From positions 1-64,000 of the forward strand of contig CAVXYC010000020.1 in assembly GCA_963765765.1 (NCBI GenBank): DNA of 64,000 bases, written 5' to 3'. The notes below the pieces were generated by a model. The model did no database searches. It saw only the letters and a list, made by a program, of their open reading frames with translations, and was not told where the DNA came from. Shown here piece by piece: positions 30,789-41,291 of the stretch (positions are counted from its first letter, which is position 1; each line of letters starts with the position of its first letter). This DNA comes from an uncultured Chloroflexia bacterium. Its GTDB lineage: Bacteria; Chloroflexota; UBA6077; JACCZL01. The translations under genes were made by a program, and so were the position numbers.

Positions 30789-32409
30789 CTACGGGCGCGG
30801 ACGAGCATCCCGACTCGTGGCGGTTCCCTCCACTGTCGCCGCAAGAGCCCGCCAGGTGGCCATGAGCTGATCGAAGTCTCCCCGCGTCACGACAATAACA
30901 TCGACCGGAGTGACCGCCCGTACTGAAGCATTGCGCCGTTGGTGACGGAGTAATGCCATCTCACCGAACGACTCCCCCGGGCCAAGCCGAGCAATCTCCC
31001 GCTCATCTCCATTGACGTTCTGCACCACTTGCGCTTCGCCGCGCTCAATGACGTAGAACGCGTCCGCGGTGTGTCCCTGGCGAATGATCATCTCACCCTC
31101 ATCGTAAAAAGCCGAGGTTATGCGGTCTGTCCTATCGACATTGAGCTGCGCCAGATCGCGACGGAAGAACAGATCAAGATTCCAATCGAGCCAGACTCGC
31201 AGCTTGCGGTCGAAACCCGGGAGGCGCATCAGATAGAAGCCTCTCCAGGCGAGCCACGCGCTCAAGCCGGCCAATCGAAACGTGTTGCCGAGCTCCGCCA
31301 CCGCGGATTGGTGCCCCAACGAGACCATCTGTCCCATGCCACGAAATCTGAAGGGCACCAACGCGTCGCCCTTGAGACGCGCGTATACGTTCCTCGCCAG
31401 CGTGTCCGCCTCCCGCAGGGCAAACTGTGCACTCGGCGGAGCGAATCCGGAGCCATCAACGAGGGGAACAGCGGCACAGTCACCCAGTGCCCACACGTCA
31501 TCCCGTCCCTGCAGACGCATCGTCGCATCAACCAACAGCCGACCGCGCTCTTTGGGCACGTCAAGAGGCTGAATGACGGGGTTTGGCGAGGCGCCAACGG
31601 CCACGATGAGCGAGCGGGACGCGATCACTTGACCGTTAGCCAGGTGCACATGCGTGGCAGTGGCGGACTGGAGTTGCGCGCCGAGACGGACCTCAACGCC
31701 ACGCTCACTGAGTTTGCGGTGGGCGAACGCGGCAAGCTTTTCCCCCAATCTCAGGAAGAATCCGCTGTCCGCGTTGAAGCAACACCACCTTGATCTCAGA
31801 CCGATCGATGGATGGATAAAGCTCCACGGAGTCAACCAGGTAGTCATAGAGCTCCGCGGCCATTTCCACTCCGGAAAATCCAGCTCCACAGACCACAAAA
31901 GTCAGCAGCGGCGCTCGCATCGAGGGATCGGACATCGCCGCGGCCGCTTCTACCATATGCACGGCGCGATTCCGAATGTTGAGCGCATCCCCGATCGTCT
32001 TAAACGGTAGTCCATGCTCGGCCACACCCTGGAGGCCGGTCAGGTTCACCGACGACCCGAGCGCTACCACCAGTGTGTCGAAGGAAAGCGTATGCGATTC
32101 AGTTGTCGCCGCGTCACGCGTCTCGACAGTGTGCGAGTCGAGGTCGATCGACTGAACCGTCTCGACTCGAATCGAAGTCCTGGGAAGCATCGAGCGGAGC
32201 GGACTAAGGATATGTGTCAGCTCGACGCTACCCGCCGCGGCTTCAGCGAGCATGGGTAGAAACAGCAAGTAGTTCGTCTGGCTGACCAGCGTGACCCGGA
32301 TTCTTGGGCCACGTTTTCGCGCGAGCTTCTGGAGGGTCTGGGCCACCGTCACGCCACCGAATCCACCACCAAGGATGAGGACGCGGTGAGGTGCAAGGTG
32401 GTTGGCCAT
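30789..32409 (-). CDS. ndh: Type II NADH dehydrogenase with a C-terminal cNMP-binding domain (one frameshift)
   Basis: ILGGGFGG, FLPML, VVCGAGFSGVEMAAE, WALGDCA, APPSAQFA, then IIRQG..FYVIERG..GESFGEMALL..RNASVRA; GGAGG RBS. Confidence 0.88.
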
Positions 32410-32660
32410 GTATCAACCTCCAAAGGTAACACCGAAAAGAAGCACTCGGGGCGCTTATGGGAATTTCCACCGGGACGTTCTAGGCGGTGCGCCGGGGAGC
32501 TTTCTTCGTCATACACAGCCTCCCCGGCTGGGTGCAGGCGCCCCGTGTGGGAGGACTCGCCATGCTAGCCAGCGATGGATTGGCGGTGAAGCTTGCGTAT
32601 GGCATTGTTGCGGTTCGAACGTTTCAGGCAGTTTCGCGTCGCGCCAAAGACTGCCAGTCG

Positions 32661-33602
32661 CTAGATCAATACATCCAGCGACTCAGAGAGCTCGTCCGCG
32701 GTGGCGATGCCTTCAAATCGATCTCGAATGATCCCGTTGCGATCCACGATAAAGATCCACGGCTCCGTGAGAAGCTGCCATTCCGCGACGGCATCCGCAA
32801 GCACGCGATCGCGTGGCTCTTTAAAAATCTCAATGTGCACGAATGAGGCTCGGCCCACGTAGCGCGGCGCCATCTCGAGCACGACGCTGAGCTGCGGCGC
32901 GCACGTCAGCGTCGTGCAGAACCCGGGCGTCGCAAAAGCCAGTAATGAGGGTTGCCCGGACTGCACCGCCGACGCAATGGTCTGGTCATGCAATGAGCAC
33001 GGGGGAGCGGCGGAGCAGATCGTCGAGAGGTCAGTGACGTCCCTTGACGTCAGCGATTGGGTGGCTCGAGCCTTGTCGCCGATCATAGGTGATTGGCCGC
33101 GCTCTTTGACATCCACGGCGATGCGCGCCGAGACCGGCGCGGCGTCAGGCGTTGGTCGCGCCACTACCTCAAGCCCCCACTGACCTGGCCGATCAAACGT
33201 AGCGCGACTTGCGTAGACGCCCCGCTGACGGTACTCCACCCACCGATAGATTGTTTCCGTCTCTGAGACTTTCGTCCCCTGCGTCCCCTGGATCTGGTAA
33301 AGACTGACCGTGGCTTGAGCGTCAACGATGGGCTGATTATCCGGGCCAATCAGACCCATCGCGAGGCGATTTGGTCCTACCACCAATTCGGACGTGGCCA
33401 TCGCAATCGTGAGTGGAGGGGCCGTCTTAGCCACCGGTGTTGGAATCGCCGGAGCTGGAGCCGAGCATGCCGCGGCCAGCATTGCCAGACTACTAGCACT
33501 CAGCGCGCCAAGCATTTCACGCCGAGTGAGAGTCCGCCGGAATTGACCTCGTGACCTACCAATAAACCGAGCCGCTCCGGCCGTTGCTCCGTTGTTATAC
33601 AT
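32661..33602 (-). CDS. Tat-type lipoprotein with a C-terminal thioredoxin-like domain (true start probably downstream of 33602)
   Basis: TRREML..LAAAC; FATPGFCTTLTCAP; WQLLTEPWIFIVDRNG. Confidence 0.75.
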   Translation of the reverse strand: MYNNGATAGAARFIGRSRGQFRRTLTRREMLGALSASSLAMLAAACSAPAPAIPTPVAKTAPPLTIAMATSELVVGPNRLAMGLIGPDNQPIVDAQATVSLYQIQGTQGTKVSETETIYRWVEYRQRGVYASRATFDRPGQWGLEVVARPTPDAAPVSARIAVDVKERGQSPMIGDKARATQSLTSRDVTDLSTICSAAPPCSLHDQTIASAVQSGQPSLLAFATPGFCTTLTCAPQLSVVLEMAPRYVGRASFVHIEIFKEPRDRVLADAVAEWQLLTEPWIFIVDRNGIIRDRFEGIATADELSESLDVLI

Positions 33603-33882
33603 ACCGATGAGGATAAGAACGAGCGAGATCGGCGGGCAACCTCAACGCCCCAGGGGAGACGCTCGTCACGCCTCTGAGACCTTGATCACGATCCTGTGAC
33701 AATCCTGATGTCTTATTGCCATTTTCAACATACACCTCTCTATAATGCCTCGCGCCAGGATGAACACGTAGCGGACATCCGAGAACGGCGCGCTTCCGCG
33801 CAAGACCACGATCCCCCCATTGTGAGTCGCGCTCACGGACGCTCGGCACTAATCGAGTGGACCTGACCTCAAGGAGGATCGA

Positions 33883-35188
33883 TTGGGACGACTTGCGAAT
33901 ATGGCTGGGGCGCTTGGGCTCGCGACACTTGTGAGTGTTGGAAACCTATCCAGTGCGCACGCGCAGCCGACAGTTCCGCCAGGGCCGACACAAACCCCCG
34001 GGCCGATGCAAACCCCCGGGCCGACACAAACCCCCAGGGCCGACGCAAACCCCCGGGCCGACACAAAGCCCAGAGCCGACGCAAACGCCCGGGGTGGTGC
34101 AAAGCCCAGGGCCGACGCAAACCCCGGGGCCGACGCAAAGCCCAGAGCGATCGAAGAGCCCCGAGTACGGGATGAACATTTTCATCTGGGGCAATCCGAA
34201 CACCACAGAACGTGATCTTGGCCTTATGCGCAACGCGGGATTTAGCTGGCAGAAGACCCTCTTCAAATGGCGCGAGATCGAGGGGGAGGGCAAGGGCCAG
34301 TTCAATTGGACCGAAGCGGATCGCGTGGTGGCGGCGTCCAAGGCTAACGGCGTGAAGATCATTGCCCGAGTGGATTTCAACCCCTATTGGGCACGAGCTG
34401 ATGGCGCACACAACGGCCCACCGGACAATCCGCAGGATTTCGCCGACTTCATAACCGCGCTCATCAGCCGCTACGGCAGCCAGTCGACGATTGGTCGAAT
34501 TCAAGCGATTCAAATGTGGAACGAGCCCAACATCGATAAGGAATGGGGCCTCCAGCCGATCAATCAAGCATCCGCCGCGGACTACGTGACGCTGCTGAAG
34601 GCCGGTTACACCGCCGCGAAAGCCGCAGATCCAAGCGTCATTGTCCTTACCGGCGGTCTGTCACCGACCTGCACCGATAATTCGAACGCTCGTCCGGATG
34701 ACGTCTTCCTCCAGTGGATGTACGATGCCGGCGCGGCAAGCTACTTTGACGTTCTGGGCGCACATGGCGCGGGCTACGACAAGCCGCCGACAGCATCACC
34801 TCAGGAATCGGCTGATAAGCACAGTGGTTGCCGGGCGTTCACCTTCCGCCGAGTGGAAGATCTTCGTGACGTGATGGTTGCTAACAAGGATGCTGACAAG
34901 CAGGTGTGGCTGCTCGAGTTTGGTTGGACCACCGATCAGGTGAATCCTGCCTATGCATGGCATGCGGTATCGCCAGAACTTCAAGGCGAATACCTCGTTG
35001 GCGCGTATCGATGGGCGAATCAGAACTGGGCACCGTGGATCGGTGTCATGACCTTGTGGACCTTCCCCGATCCGGCGTGGAGCCCGGCGCGAGAAGAGTA
35101 CTGGTGGGCCATTACCGATCCCGACGGTTCCACTCGCCCCGCGTATCAACGCCTTGCAGCGGCTCGCGCCACGGGTGAGCTTCCTTAG
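33883..35188 (+). CDS. Secreted glycoside hydrolase (GH5/GH39-like clan A) with a Pro/Thr/Gln repeat linker; frameshift within the repeat
   Basis: AAGGAGG RBS, signal peptide ending AHAQ, PGPTQT repeats, MWNEPN acid/base, GAHGAG, WLLEFGW nucleophile. Confidence 0.85.
33978..34165 (+). repeat. 18-bp degenerate coding tandem repeat (about 10 units, PGPTQT/S)
   Basis: Successive cc(c/a)gggccgac(a/g)caaa(c/g)c units. Confidence 0.9.
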
Positions 35189-35280
35189 CTCGCCACTACT
35201 TCAATCATCGAGTATGAAAAGCACGGCGCCTGACGGCGCCGTGCCTTCGTTTTAGATAATCGGGTAGGCTTGTCGCGCCA

Positions 35281-35907
35281 TTGACGCTCGCTCAAAGGCG
35301 GTGGTACAACGCCACATCCAGACCGCTCTCGGAGTTCGCATTGCGTCGCTGGCGGGATACCAGTCCCAATCAACACGGCGACAATGCGCGAGGCCACGCC
35401 GATGGCCCGCCAACAGGTCGCAGACGGGCTCGCCCTCAGGCCATCAACGTCCGCAGGGGCGAGACTCGTGGCTCGGACACTGACGAAGATGAAGCACGTC
35501 CCCGAATTCGTCGCCGGGCCGGTGGCGTCAGAAGCGCGGCCCCCACACTCGGACTCCCAATGGAGCCACGAGCGCTCGCCATTGTTGGCGCCGCGGCGAC
35601 TGTCCTGCTGGTGCTGGCAGTGTTGCTAACTCGCGCTATCTCACCATCCTCGCCGGAGCCAACACCCGCCCCAGCAGCGGCGGTAGAGTCACCAACGCCC
35701 GCCGGCCCAACGGTCGTTCCTACGCAGGGGCCAATCCAGGCGACCATCGTGCCGCTCGAACCGAGCTATACGGTGCAGGCGGGTGATAACCTGGCCATCA
35801 TAGCGAGACGATTCAACACCACCGTTGACGGGATTGTGTCAATCAACAACCTCACCGATCGAAACGCGCTTCGAGTTGGACAACGCCTGATTATTCCCAC
35901 GCAGTGA
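35281..35907 (+). CDS. Membrane-anchored LysM domain protein
   Basis: TM helix, Pro/Thr linker, YTVQAGDNLAIIARRFNTTVDGIVSINNL..LRVGQRLIIP. Confidence 0.85.
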   Translation: MTLAQRRWYNATSRPLSEFALRRWRDTSPNQHGDNARGHADGPPTGRRRARPQAINVRRGETRGSDTDEDEARPRIRRRAGGVRSAAPTLGLPMEPRALAIVGAAATVLLVLAVLLTRAISPSSPEPTPAPAAAVESPTPAGPTVVPTQGPIQATIVPLEPSYTVQAGDNLAIIARRFNTTVDGIVSINNLTDRNALRVGQRLIIPTQ

Positions 35908-35965
35908 TGTACTTGCTATTGATCCGTTAGGGAATTGATAACCCTGTCTACCTGCCGTCTCTGTA

Positions 35966-37021
35966 ATGGAGACCTACAATCAGGCCGACCCAGTCACATT
36001 TGACCACGGAGTGTCGTTGCCCCGTTCCAATCCAGGCGACCGACGGCCAACCCGGCCAGCTCGACCGCCACGCCGAGCGCCTCAGCAATCAACCGCACCA
36101 TTCAATTTTCTCGGCTTCCTGGCTCGATCGCTCATCGTCTTTTTGACAGTGGTACTGGTTTGGAAGCTTCTCAGCTTTGGTCTCACTACCTACGAAGAGG
36201 CGAAGTTTCAGCGCACCGACATCACGACGCTGATTCAGCCCGCAACGCCGCAGCCGTACCTGGACCCCGCCCTGGAAGCACAGATACGGCGCGCTGCCAT
36301 CGCCCCAGGAACCGTATCGGTCTCCATTCGCAACATCACCACTGGGGCGCAGGCGGAGATCAACGGGCAAGAAGTGTTTCCTGCCGCTAGCCTGTTCAAG
36401 CTGCCGGTCCTTGTGGAAGTGATCAAACAGTACCGATCGGGGCGAATCTCGCTGGACGATCCGATACAGATTCGCCAGGATCAATGGACCGATGGCTCGG
36501 GCGTGCTCCAGGCAAGAATTGGTGAGCGAATCCCAGTGCGCGAGCTTTTGCGGCTCATGATCGCCGAGAGTGACAACATCGCGGCGCTCGCGCTGATCGA
36601 TCTGGTTGGTGTCGACAACATCAATCGAACGATGCAAAGCATCGGCCTCGAGTGGACGAAGGTCCAGGATCGACGAGCCAATAACCTGCTGCATGTCACT
36701 ACGGCGCGAGACATGGGCATGCTCATGGATGTGTTGGCCACCGGCCAGCTCGTGGATCGAGAGACGTCAGAAGAGACAATCCGCCTATTGGAGCTGAAGC
36801 AAGCTCAGAACTGGCTGGACGATCGTCTTCCGTGGTTCACCCGCGTCGCCCACAAGTGGGGCGAGCTTCCCAGCGTGCGTCACGACGCCGGTATCCTCTT
36901 CACGCCACGCTCCACCTTCGTCGTCGTAGTCATGACCCAGGGAGCCGACGTCGCCAGGTCCGGCGACGTCATCAGCAGCGTATCAAGGGTGGCATTCGAT
37001 TATTTTGAGCGGGTGCCGTAA
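35966..37021 (+). CDS. Membrane-anchored serine hydrolase, class A beta-lactamase-like (Beta-lactamase2)
   Basis: FPAASLFK, ESDNIA, TTARDM, AHKWG, HDAGI. Confidence 0.85.
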   Translation: METYNQADPVTFDHGVSLPRSNPGDRRPTRPARPPRRAPQQSTAPFNFLGFLARSLIVFLTVVLVWKLLSFGLTTYEEAKFQRTDITTLIQPATPQPYLDPALEAQIRRAAIAPGTVSVSIRNITTGAQAEINGQEVFPAASLFKLPVLVEVIKQYRSGRISLDDPIQIRQDQWTDGSGVLQARIGERIPVRELLRLMIAESDNIAALALIDLVGVDNINRTMQSIGLEWTKVQDRRANNLLHVTTARDMGMLMDVLATGQLVDRETSEETIRLLELKQAQNWLDDRLPWFTRVAHKWGELPSVRHDAGILFTPRSTFVVVVMTQGADVARSGDVISSVSRVAFDYFERVP

Positions 37022-37135
37022 GGGCGAGCTTCTGCGCGCACTCCAAAGCCTTCGCCCGCGGCGTAGTGCAGATCGTCCCTTGACCACCATCCCTTCCGCA
37101 GCGCAAGGTTAGGTCGCCTTGCGGAGGGTTATCGA

Positions 37136-38127
37136 ATGCTTGTGTGTTTTCTGGACGCGCTCGAGGGGCGTATCAGTGAGTTTCCGAACGAGTATCTCGC
37201 CGCGCACGATGTGACGCTGGCTGGCGGTGATACAACGGCAGTACCGCGTGACACAGAGGCGCTCATCACCTGGGGCGATGCGTTGGACGACGCGCTCGTC
37301 GGTCGACTTCCGAATTTGAAGCTGGTGCAGCGAATCGGCTACTTCAATGGGGTAAGCCTGACGCCGGCGCAGGCCGCTGGCGCTCACGTGGCCGTATGGC
37401 CGAAGGGCGTGTCCAATCGGGTTGCCATGCATGCCACCACTTTTCTCCTGGCACTAAGCAGGCAGCTTCTGGCGAGCCATCGAGCAACGATTGCAGCGGA
37501 GAACGAGGCGGGTTTCGAGCCGGCGATCACCGATAACCGCGCCGCGGCAATGAACTGGCCGCTCATTCGAGATGTGGATCACACCATCCAACAAGACACT
37601 TGGGATCATCGGGTTCGGTGAGATCGGTGCGTGCTTCTCGCGACAGGCACACGCCTTTGACATGGATATCCTGTACTTCAAACGCACGCGGATGTCCCCC
37701 GAGCGGGAGGAGTTCTTCGGCGTGACGTATACGCCGCTTGATGAGCTATTGAGCATCTCGGACTACGTCGCGTCCTTTGTCCCTTTCTCGGCTGAGAGCG
37801 AAAAAATGCTCGGCGCGCGTGAAATCGGACTCCTGAAACCGTCCGCGTACTTCATCAACTGCGGGCGTGGGAAACACTGTCGACGAGCCGGCGCTGATAG
37901 ACGCACTCGGGAACCACGCCTTCCGTGGAGCGGCTCTGGACGTTTACTCCATTGAGCCCGTTCCAGCCGGGCATCCAGTTCTGAGTCTGGACAACGTCAT
38001 CTACACGCCACACAACGCTGGCGGAATCGGCGGATGGCACGACGTGTTTGCTCGAATCTCGCGTAACCTGGACCTTGTGACTGAGGGCCGATCTCCTGTG
38101 TCCTGGGAGGTTCCACCGACGGAATAG
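37136..38127 (+). CDS. D-isomer 2-hydroxyacid dehydrogenase family (frameshifted)
   Basis: KTLGIIGFGEIG, FINCGRG, GAALDVYSIEP, TPHNAG. Confidence 0.85.
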
Positions 38128-38180
38128 AATCTCATTCGGGCCCCCTACCAGGCGAACGCGGTCACGATTGTCGGAGTCTT

Positions 38181-38210
38181 TGTCATCCTTCGCCGCGGCT
38201 CAGGATGACA
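38181..38210. repeat. GTCATCCT...AGGATGAC REP-like palindrome (short copy)
   Basis: tgtcatccttcgccgcggctcaggatgaca; same family as the copies at 41793 and 52461. Confidence 0.65.
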
Positions 38211-38305
38211 GGGCGACCGGATTGCACTGATCGCTTCGCACTAAGACAGACGCTAGGGAGACCGCCGCAAACGGAACCTTTAACACCTCAAAGGACTAGC
38301 CTACG

Positions 38306-38770
38306 ATGAACGATATCGAAGCGATGCAACGGTGCATCGAGCTCGCCCGGCTCTCCGTGGCTCAGGGCGATCATCCCTTTGGTTCACTGGTTACTCGCGA
38401 CGGCGAGCTCCTCTCGGAAGGTTTAAACCTGGTGGTGACCGAGCTCAATCCGACCTCGCATGCCGAGACGGTGGCAATGCGCAATGCCTGCCGTACCGTT
38501 GATGCGCTCAACCTGCAAGGGACAACGCTTTACACGAGCTGCGAGCCATGTTGGATCTGCTCCTGCGCCATTCGAGAGCTCCGCATCGGCCGCGTGGTAT
38601 TTGCGCTGACGTCACCGAAGGGCGGGGGATACTCGTCCCAGAACTATCCAATCCTGACTGATGCAACCATTGATCGCTACGGACCACCGCCGATCGTGGA
38701 GACCGGCTTGCTGGCAGATCTCTCTCAAGCGCTCTGGACGGAGGTCGGTTGGCCGAAACAACGAGACTAG
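38306..38770 (+). CDS. Nucleoside/guanine deaminase (CDA superfamily)
   Basis: PFGSLV, HAE, LYTSCEPCWIC. Confidence 0.9.
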   Translation: MNDIEAMQRCIELARLSVAQGDHPFGSLVTRDGELLSEGLNLVVTELNPTSHAETVAMRNACRTVDALNLQGTTLYTSCEPCWICSCAIRELRIGRVVFALTSPKGGGYSSQNYPILTDATIDRYGPPPIVETGLLADLSQALWTEVGWPKQRD

Positions 38771-38901
38771 CCGCGCAGCCTGGGCATCCTTTGCTCGGAA
38801 CTTATCAGTCCAACCCATCGTCTCATTAGTGTGGGCGCGTTCGTTCGCCAGCGTGCATACTGACCGAGCCTGGCTGTGCGCCGTTGCCCCGAACTGAATC
38901 T

Positions 38902-39762
38902 ATGACACATCACGTCCGACTCATCTTCATCGTCACGTTACTACTGGCGCTTCTGCCTGCGTGCAGCCAACCTTCGGGGCCGGGTGTCGTCTCAGGGCAA
39001 ATCAAGTTCCTTGCCCCGGACGGCAGCGTGCGGAACCTTCCTGGGGCTCAAATCATTCTGCGGGGCGCGCAAGACACATACACTGCGATTTCAACCAACG
39101 GAGAAGGCGACAATCCTGACGCCGGTTACAACTACCGCATCGAATCGGTTTCGCCAGGGCGCTACGTCATGGCCGTGACTCCACCGGCGGGTCTCAGTCT
39201 TCAGCCAGAAGAAGGGATCACTCTGGAAGTCGAGCCGAGCGAGACCTACGCCCAGAGCGCGCTTCTGCTCCCCGAAGGTGTCGCCAAGCCGCGTCCTCTC
39301 ACCGGCGACGAGGCAGGAAACGGTCAGGTTGGGTACAGCCAGAATGGCCAGCGCACAACCTATTCCAGTGGCGGGCTGGATCTTACTGACTATCTGTTGA
39401 TGTACATGCTTTTCCGGAATCCCGGCGGCTACGGATTCGGGGCGCCACCCGTGATCGTCAGCAATCCTGGATCGACCGGCCCTAACGGCTCGCGTTACCG
39501 GGTGGAGCCGCCGCCCACCCAAACGTCGCGTGGCGAGCCGATAACCAAAGCTCCGCAAGGCGTTCCCGGACAGGGCGCAACGCGACCGGGCTCTTCCTCA
39601 TCGAACAGCTCGAGCCAGCCAAGTACCTCAAACGGCAGCTCGAGCCAGCCGACCACGAAGGCACCGTCGCAGGGTGCCAGTCGCCCATCCGCTCCAGCTC
39701 CCAGTCGACCATCGGGCTCGTCCAGCCGGTCGAGTGGCGGTAGCGGCGGTGGTAGAAAGTAA
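38902..39762 (+). CDS. Lipoprotein with a beta-sandwich domain and a Ser/Gly-rich tail
   Basis: Lipobox LLPAC; DYLLMYMLF; ends SSRSSGGSGGGRK. Confidence 0.75.
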   Translation: MTHHVRLIFIVTLLLALLPACSQPSGPGVVSGQIKFLAPDGSVRNLPGAQIILRGAQDTYTAISTNGEGDNPDAGYNYRIESVSPGRYVMAVTPPAGLSLQPEEGITLEVEPSETYAQSALLLPEGVAKPRPLTGDEAGNGQVGYSQNGQRTTYSSGGLDLTDYLLMYMLFRNPGGYGFGAPPVIVSNPGSTGPNGSRYRVEPPPTQTSRGEPITKAPQGVPGQGATRPGSSSSNSSSQPSTSNGSSSQPTTKAPSQGASRPSAPAPSRPSGSSSRSSGGSGGGRK

Positions 39763-39805
39763 GCATCACCATGATGCTGACCCCAACGGAGTGTGAGCCA
39801 CTGAT

Positions 39806-40633
39806 ATGGATATTGGCCCGATTATCACCGTCGCCATCATTCTCGGAATCATCGCCATTGGGGTGTACGTCGCAATGAGCCAATCACCACTACCCCGGCG
39901 CATTCGTCGATTAATCACATCCTGGCGTACGCCCGAAAAAACGGAAGAAGCACCAGCGCCGCGACCGAACGCACGGTGGGGAGAAGACCCCGATCACGTC
40001 AATGAGGCCCGCGAAGTCGAGCGAATCACGGGAGTCATCCGTCTCGGTGACGCGCTTACAGTGGTCACCAACGATCCATCGCATTGGGGCGCAAAAAGCT
40101 TCGAGATTCAGGGCAACGTCACGAGCGTCGCGGAAGTGCAGACGCTGGACGTAAGCGGGAACTTCCAATTTCGATTTCTCACCGTTGACATGGTGGGATC
40201 CGACGCCAACACCATCATCATTGAAGGCGACTCACCGCAGAGCTCGATCGTTTATTTCGGCCGAGCGTACACATCCGAAGATCGCATCGACGACGTCGCG
40301 GCGGGCACCATCACAACTCGTCTGGCCGAGGAGCGGGATCGATATCGAAATGCCGGAGCGCCCGAGATGGCCACAACACTGCCCGTCTATGAAGCCGGCG
40401 CGCTCATGGCGGGTCGCTACGATGGCCGCCTGGCGGTGCTCGAGTCTGACGCCGCCAAGGGATACCTCCCGGCCAGTGCCCGGAGCGACGAAGGTCAGCC
40501 ATACACAGATGCCACCGTCCGGCTCGATGGCAGTGGCTGGTACGTACGACTCGTTGAAGTGGGCGCATATAGGTTCCTGCTGGAGCTGGAACCGCTCAAG
40601 CTTTCGGATATCACCATTCATCATCGTGCGTAA
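39806..40633 (+). CDS. Membrane-anchored hypothetical protein
   Basis: 275 aa ORF with an N-terminal TM; overlaps the next gene. Confidence 0.7.
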   Translation: MDIGPIITVAIILGIIAIGVYVAMSQSPLPRRIRRLITSWRTPEKTEEAPAPRPNARWGEDPDHVNEAREVERITGVIRLGDALTVVTNDPSHWGAKSFEIQGNVTSVAEVQTLDVSGNFQFRFLTVDMVGSDANTIIIEGDSPQSSIVYFGRAYTSEDRIDDVAAGTITTRLAEERDRYRNAGAPEMATTLPVYEAGALMAGRYDGRLAVLESDAAKGYLPASARSDEGQPYTDATVRLDGSGWYVRLVEVGAYRFLLELEPLKLSDITIHHRA

Positions 40634-41282
40634 CGCCACGGCCCTTGGCCGATTCGCCGGGCCTACCCGGCGGCTCGTATCAGCGATTCCCGTTCTCTAT
40701 CTGGCATACCTCCTGGTCACCCAGGTACGCGCAGACTGGCCCGCGCTCTCTGACCCACAGTGGGATGCGGATACACTCCTAGCACTCGCCGCCAGCGGAT
40801 ACCTGGCCCTGCTAATTGCCAGCTATTGGGGCAAGCCGGCATTCGTCGCACAGCGGCGCGACGCCTTCGCGATGCTCACAACGGTAATAGCAATAGACGC
40901 ATTCGGAGTCATCTCTCGGCAGCCGGTCACGCAACCGGACGCGTGGCCGCCCGCCGCGGCCTTGATGATCATTGGCACGATCGTCGCCGCCTGGAGCCTG
41001 CGAAGCCTCGGTACGTCGTTCAGTCTGCTACCGCAGGCGCGCAATGTTGTGGCTGACGGACCGTACGCGTACCTGCGTCACCCCATGTACGCCGGGGGTA
41101 TTTTGATCACGCTGGGCGAGCTCTGGCTGCGCTGGTCCCCTCTCGCCATTCTGGTCTGCGCCGTCGCAGTGCTCGCGCAGCTTGTGAGAATTCAAATGGA
41201 GGAGCGCCTCCTCGAGAACCAGTTTCCCAGCTACCGCTCATACCGAGCTCGGACCTCCGCCCTGATACCTGGCATTTATTGA
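40626..41282 (+). CDS. Isoprenylcysteine carboxylmethyltransferase / PEMT family membrane protein
   Basis: LGTSFSLLPQAR..GPYAYLRHPMY..EERLL..YRSYRART. Confidence 0.85.
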   Translation: MRNATALGRFAGPTRRLVSAIPVLYLAYLLVTQVRADWPALSDPQWDADTLLALAASGYLALLIASYWGKPAFVAQRRDAFAMLTTVIAIDAFGVISRQPVTQPDAWPPAAALMIIGTIVAAWSLRSLGTSFSLLPQARNVVADGPYAYLRHPMYAGGILITLGELWLRWSPLAILVCAVAVLAQLVRIQMEERLLENQFPSYRSYRARTSALIPGIY

Positions 41283-41291
41283 GAGGCTTGC

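Noticed and set aside
33603-33882. Riboswitch or CRP site upstream of the glycoside hydrolase
   Set aside because: No recognisable riboswitch consensus; TGTGA-gtcgcgc-TCACG has a 7-bp spacer rather than the 6 bp of a CRP site.
33978-34165. Possible CRISPR array
   Set aside because: The units are contiguous 18-mers without unique spacers and encode a Pro/Thr/Gln linker within a CDS; no cas genes are present.
35966-37021. Antibiotic-resistance beta-lactamase
   Set aside because: It is membrane-anchored, has KWG instead of KTG, shows no clear omega-loop ExxLN and sits beside a LysM gene; a cell-wall serine hydrolase is more likely.
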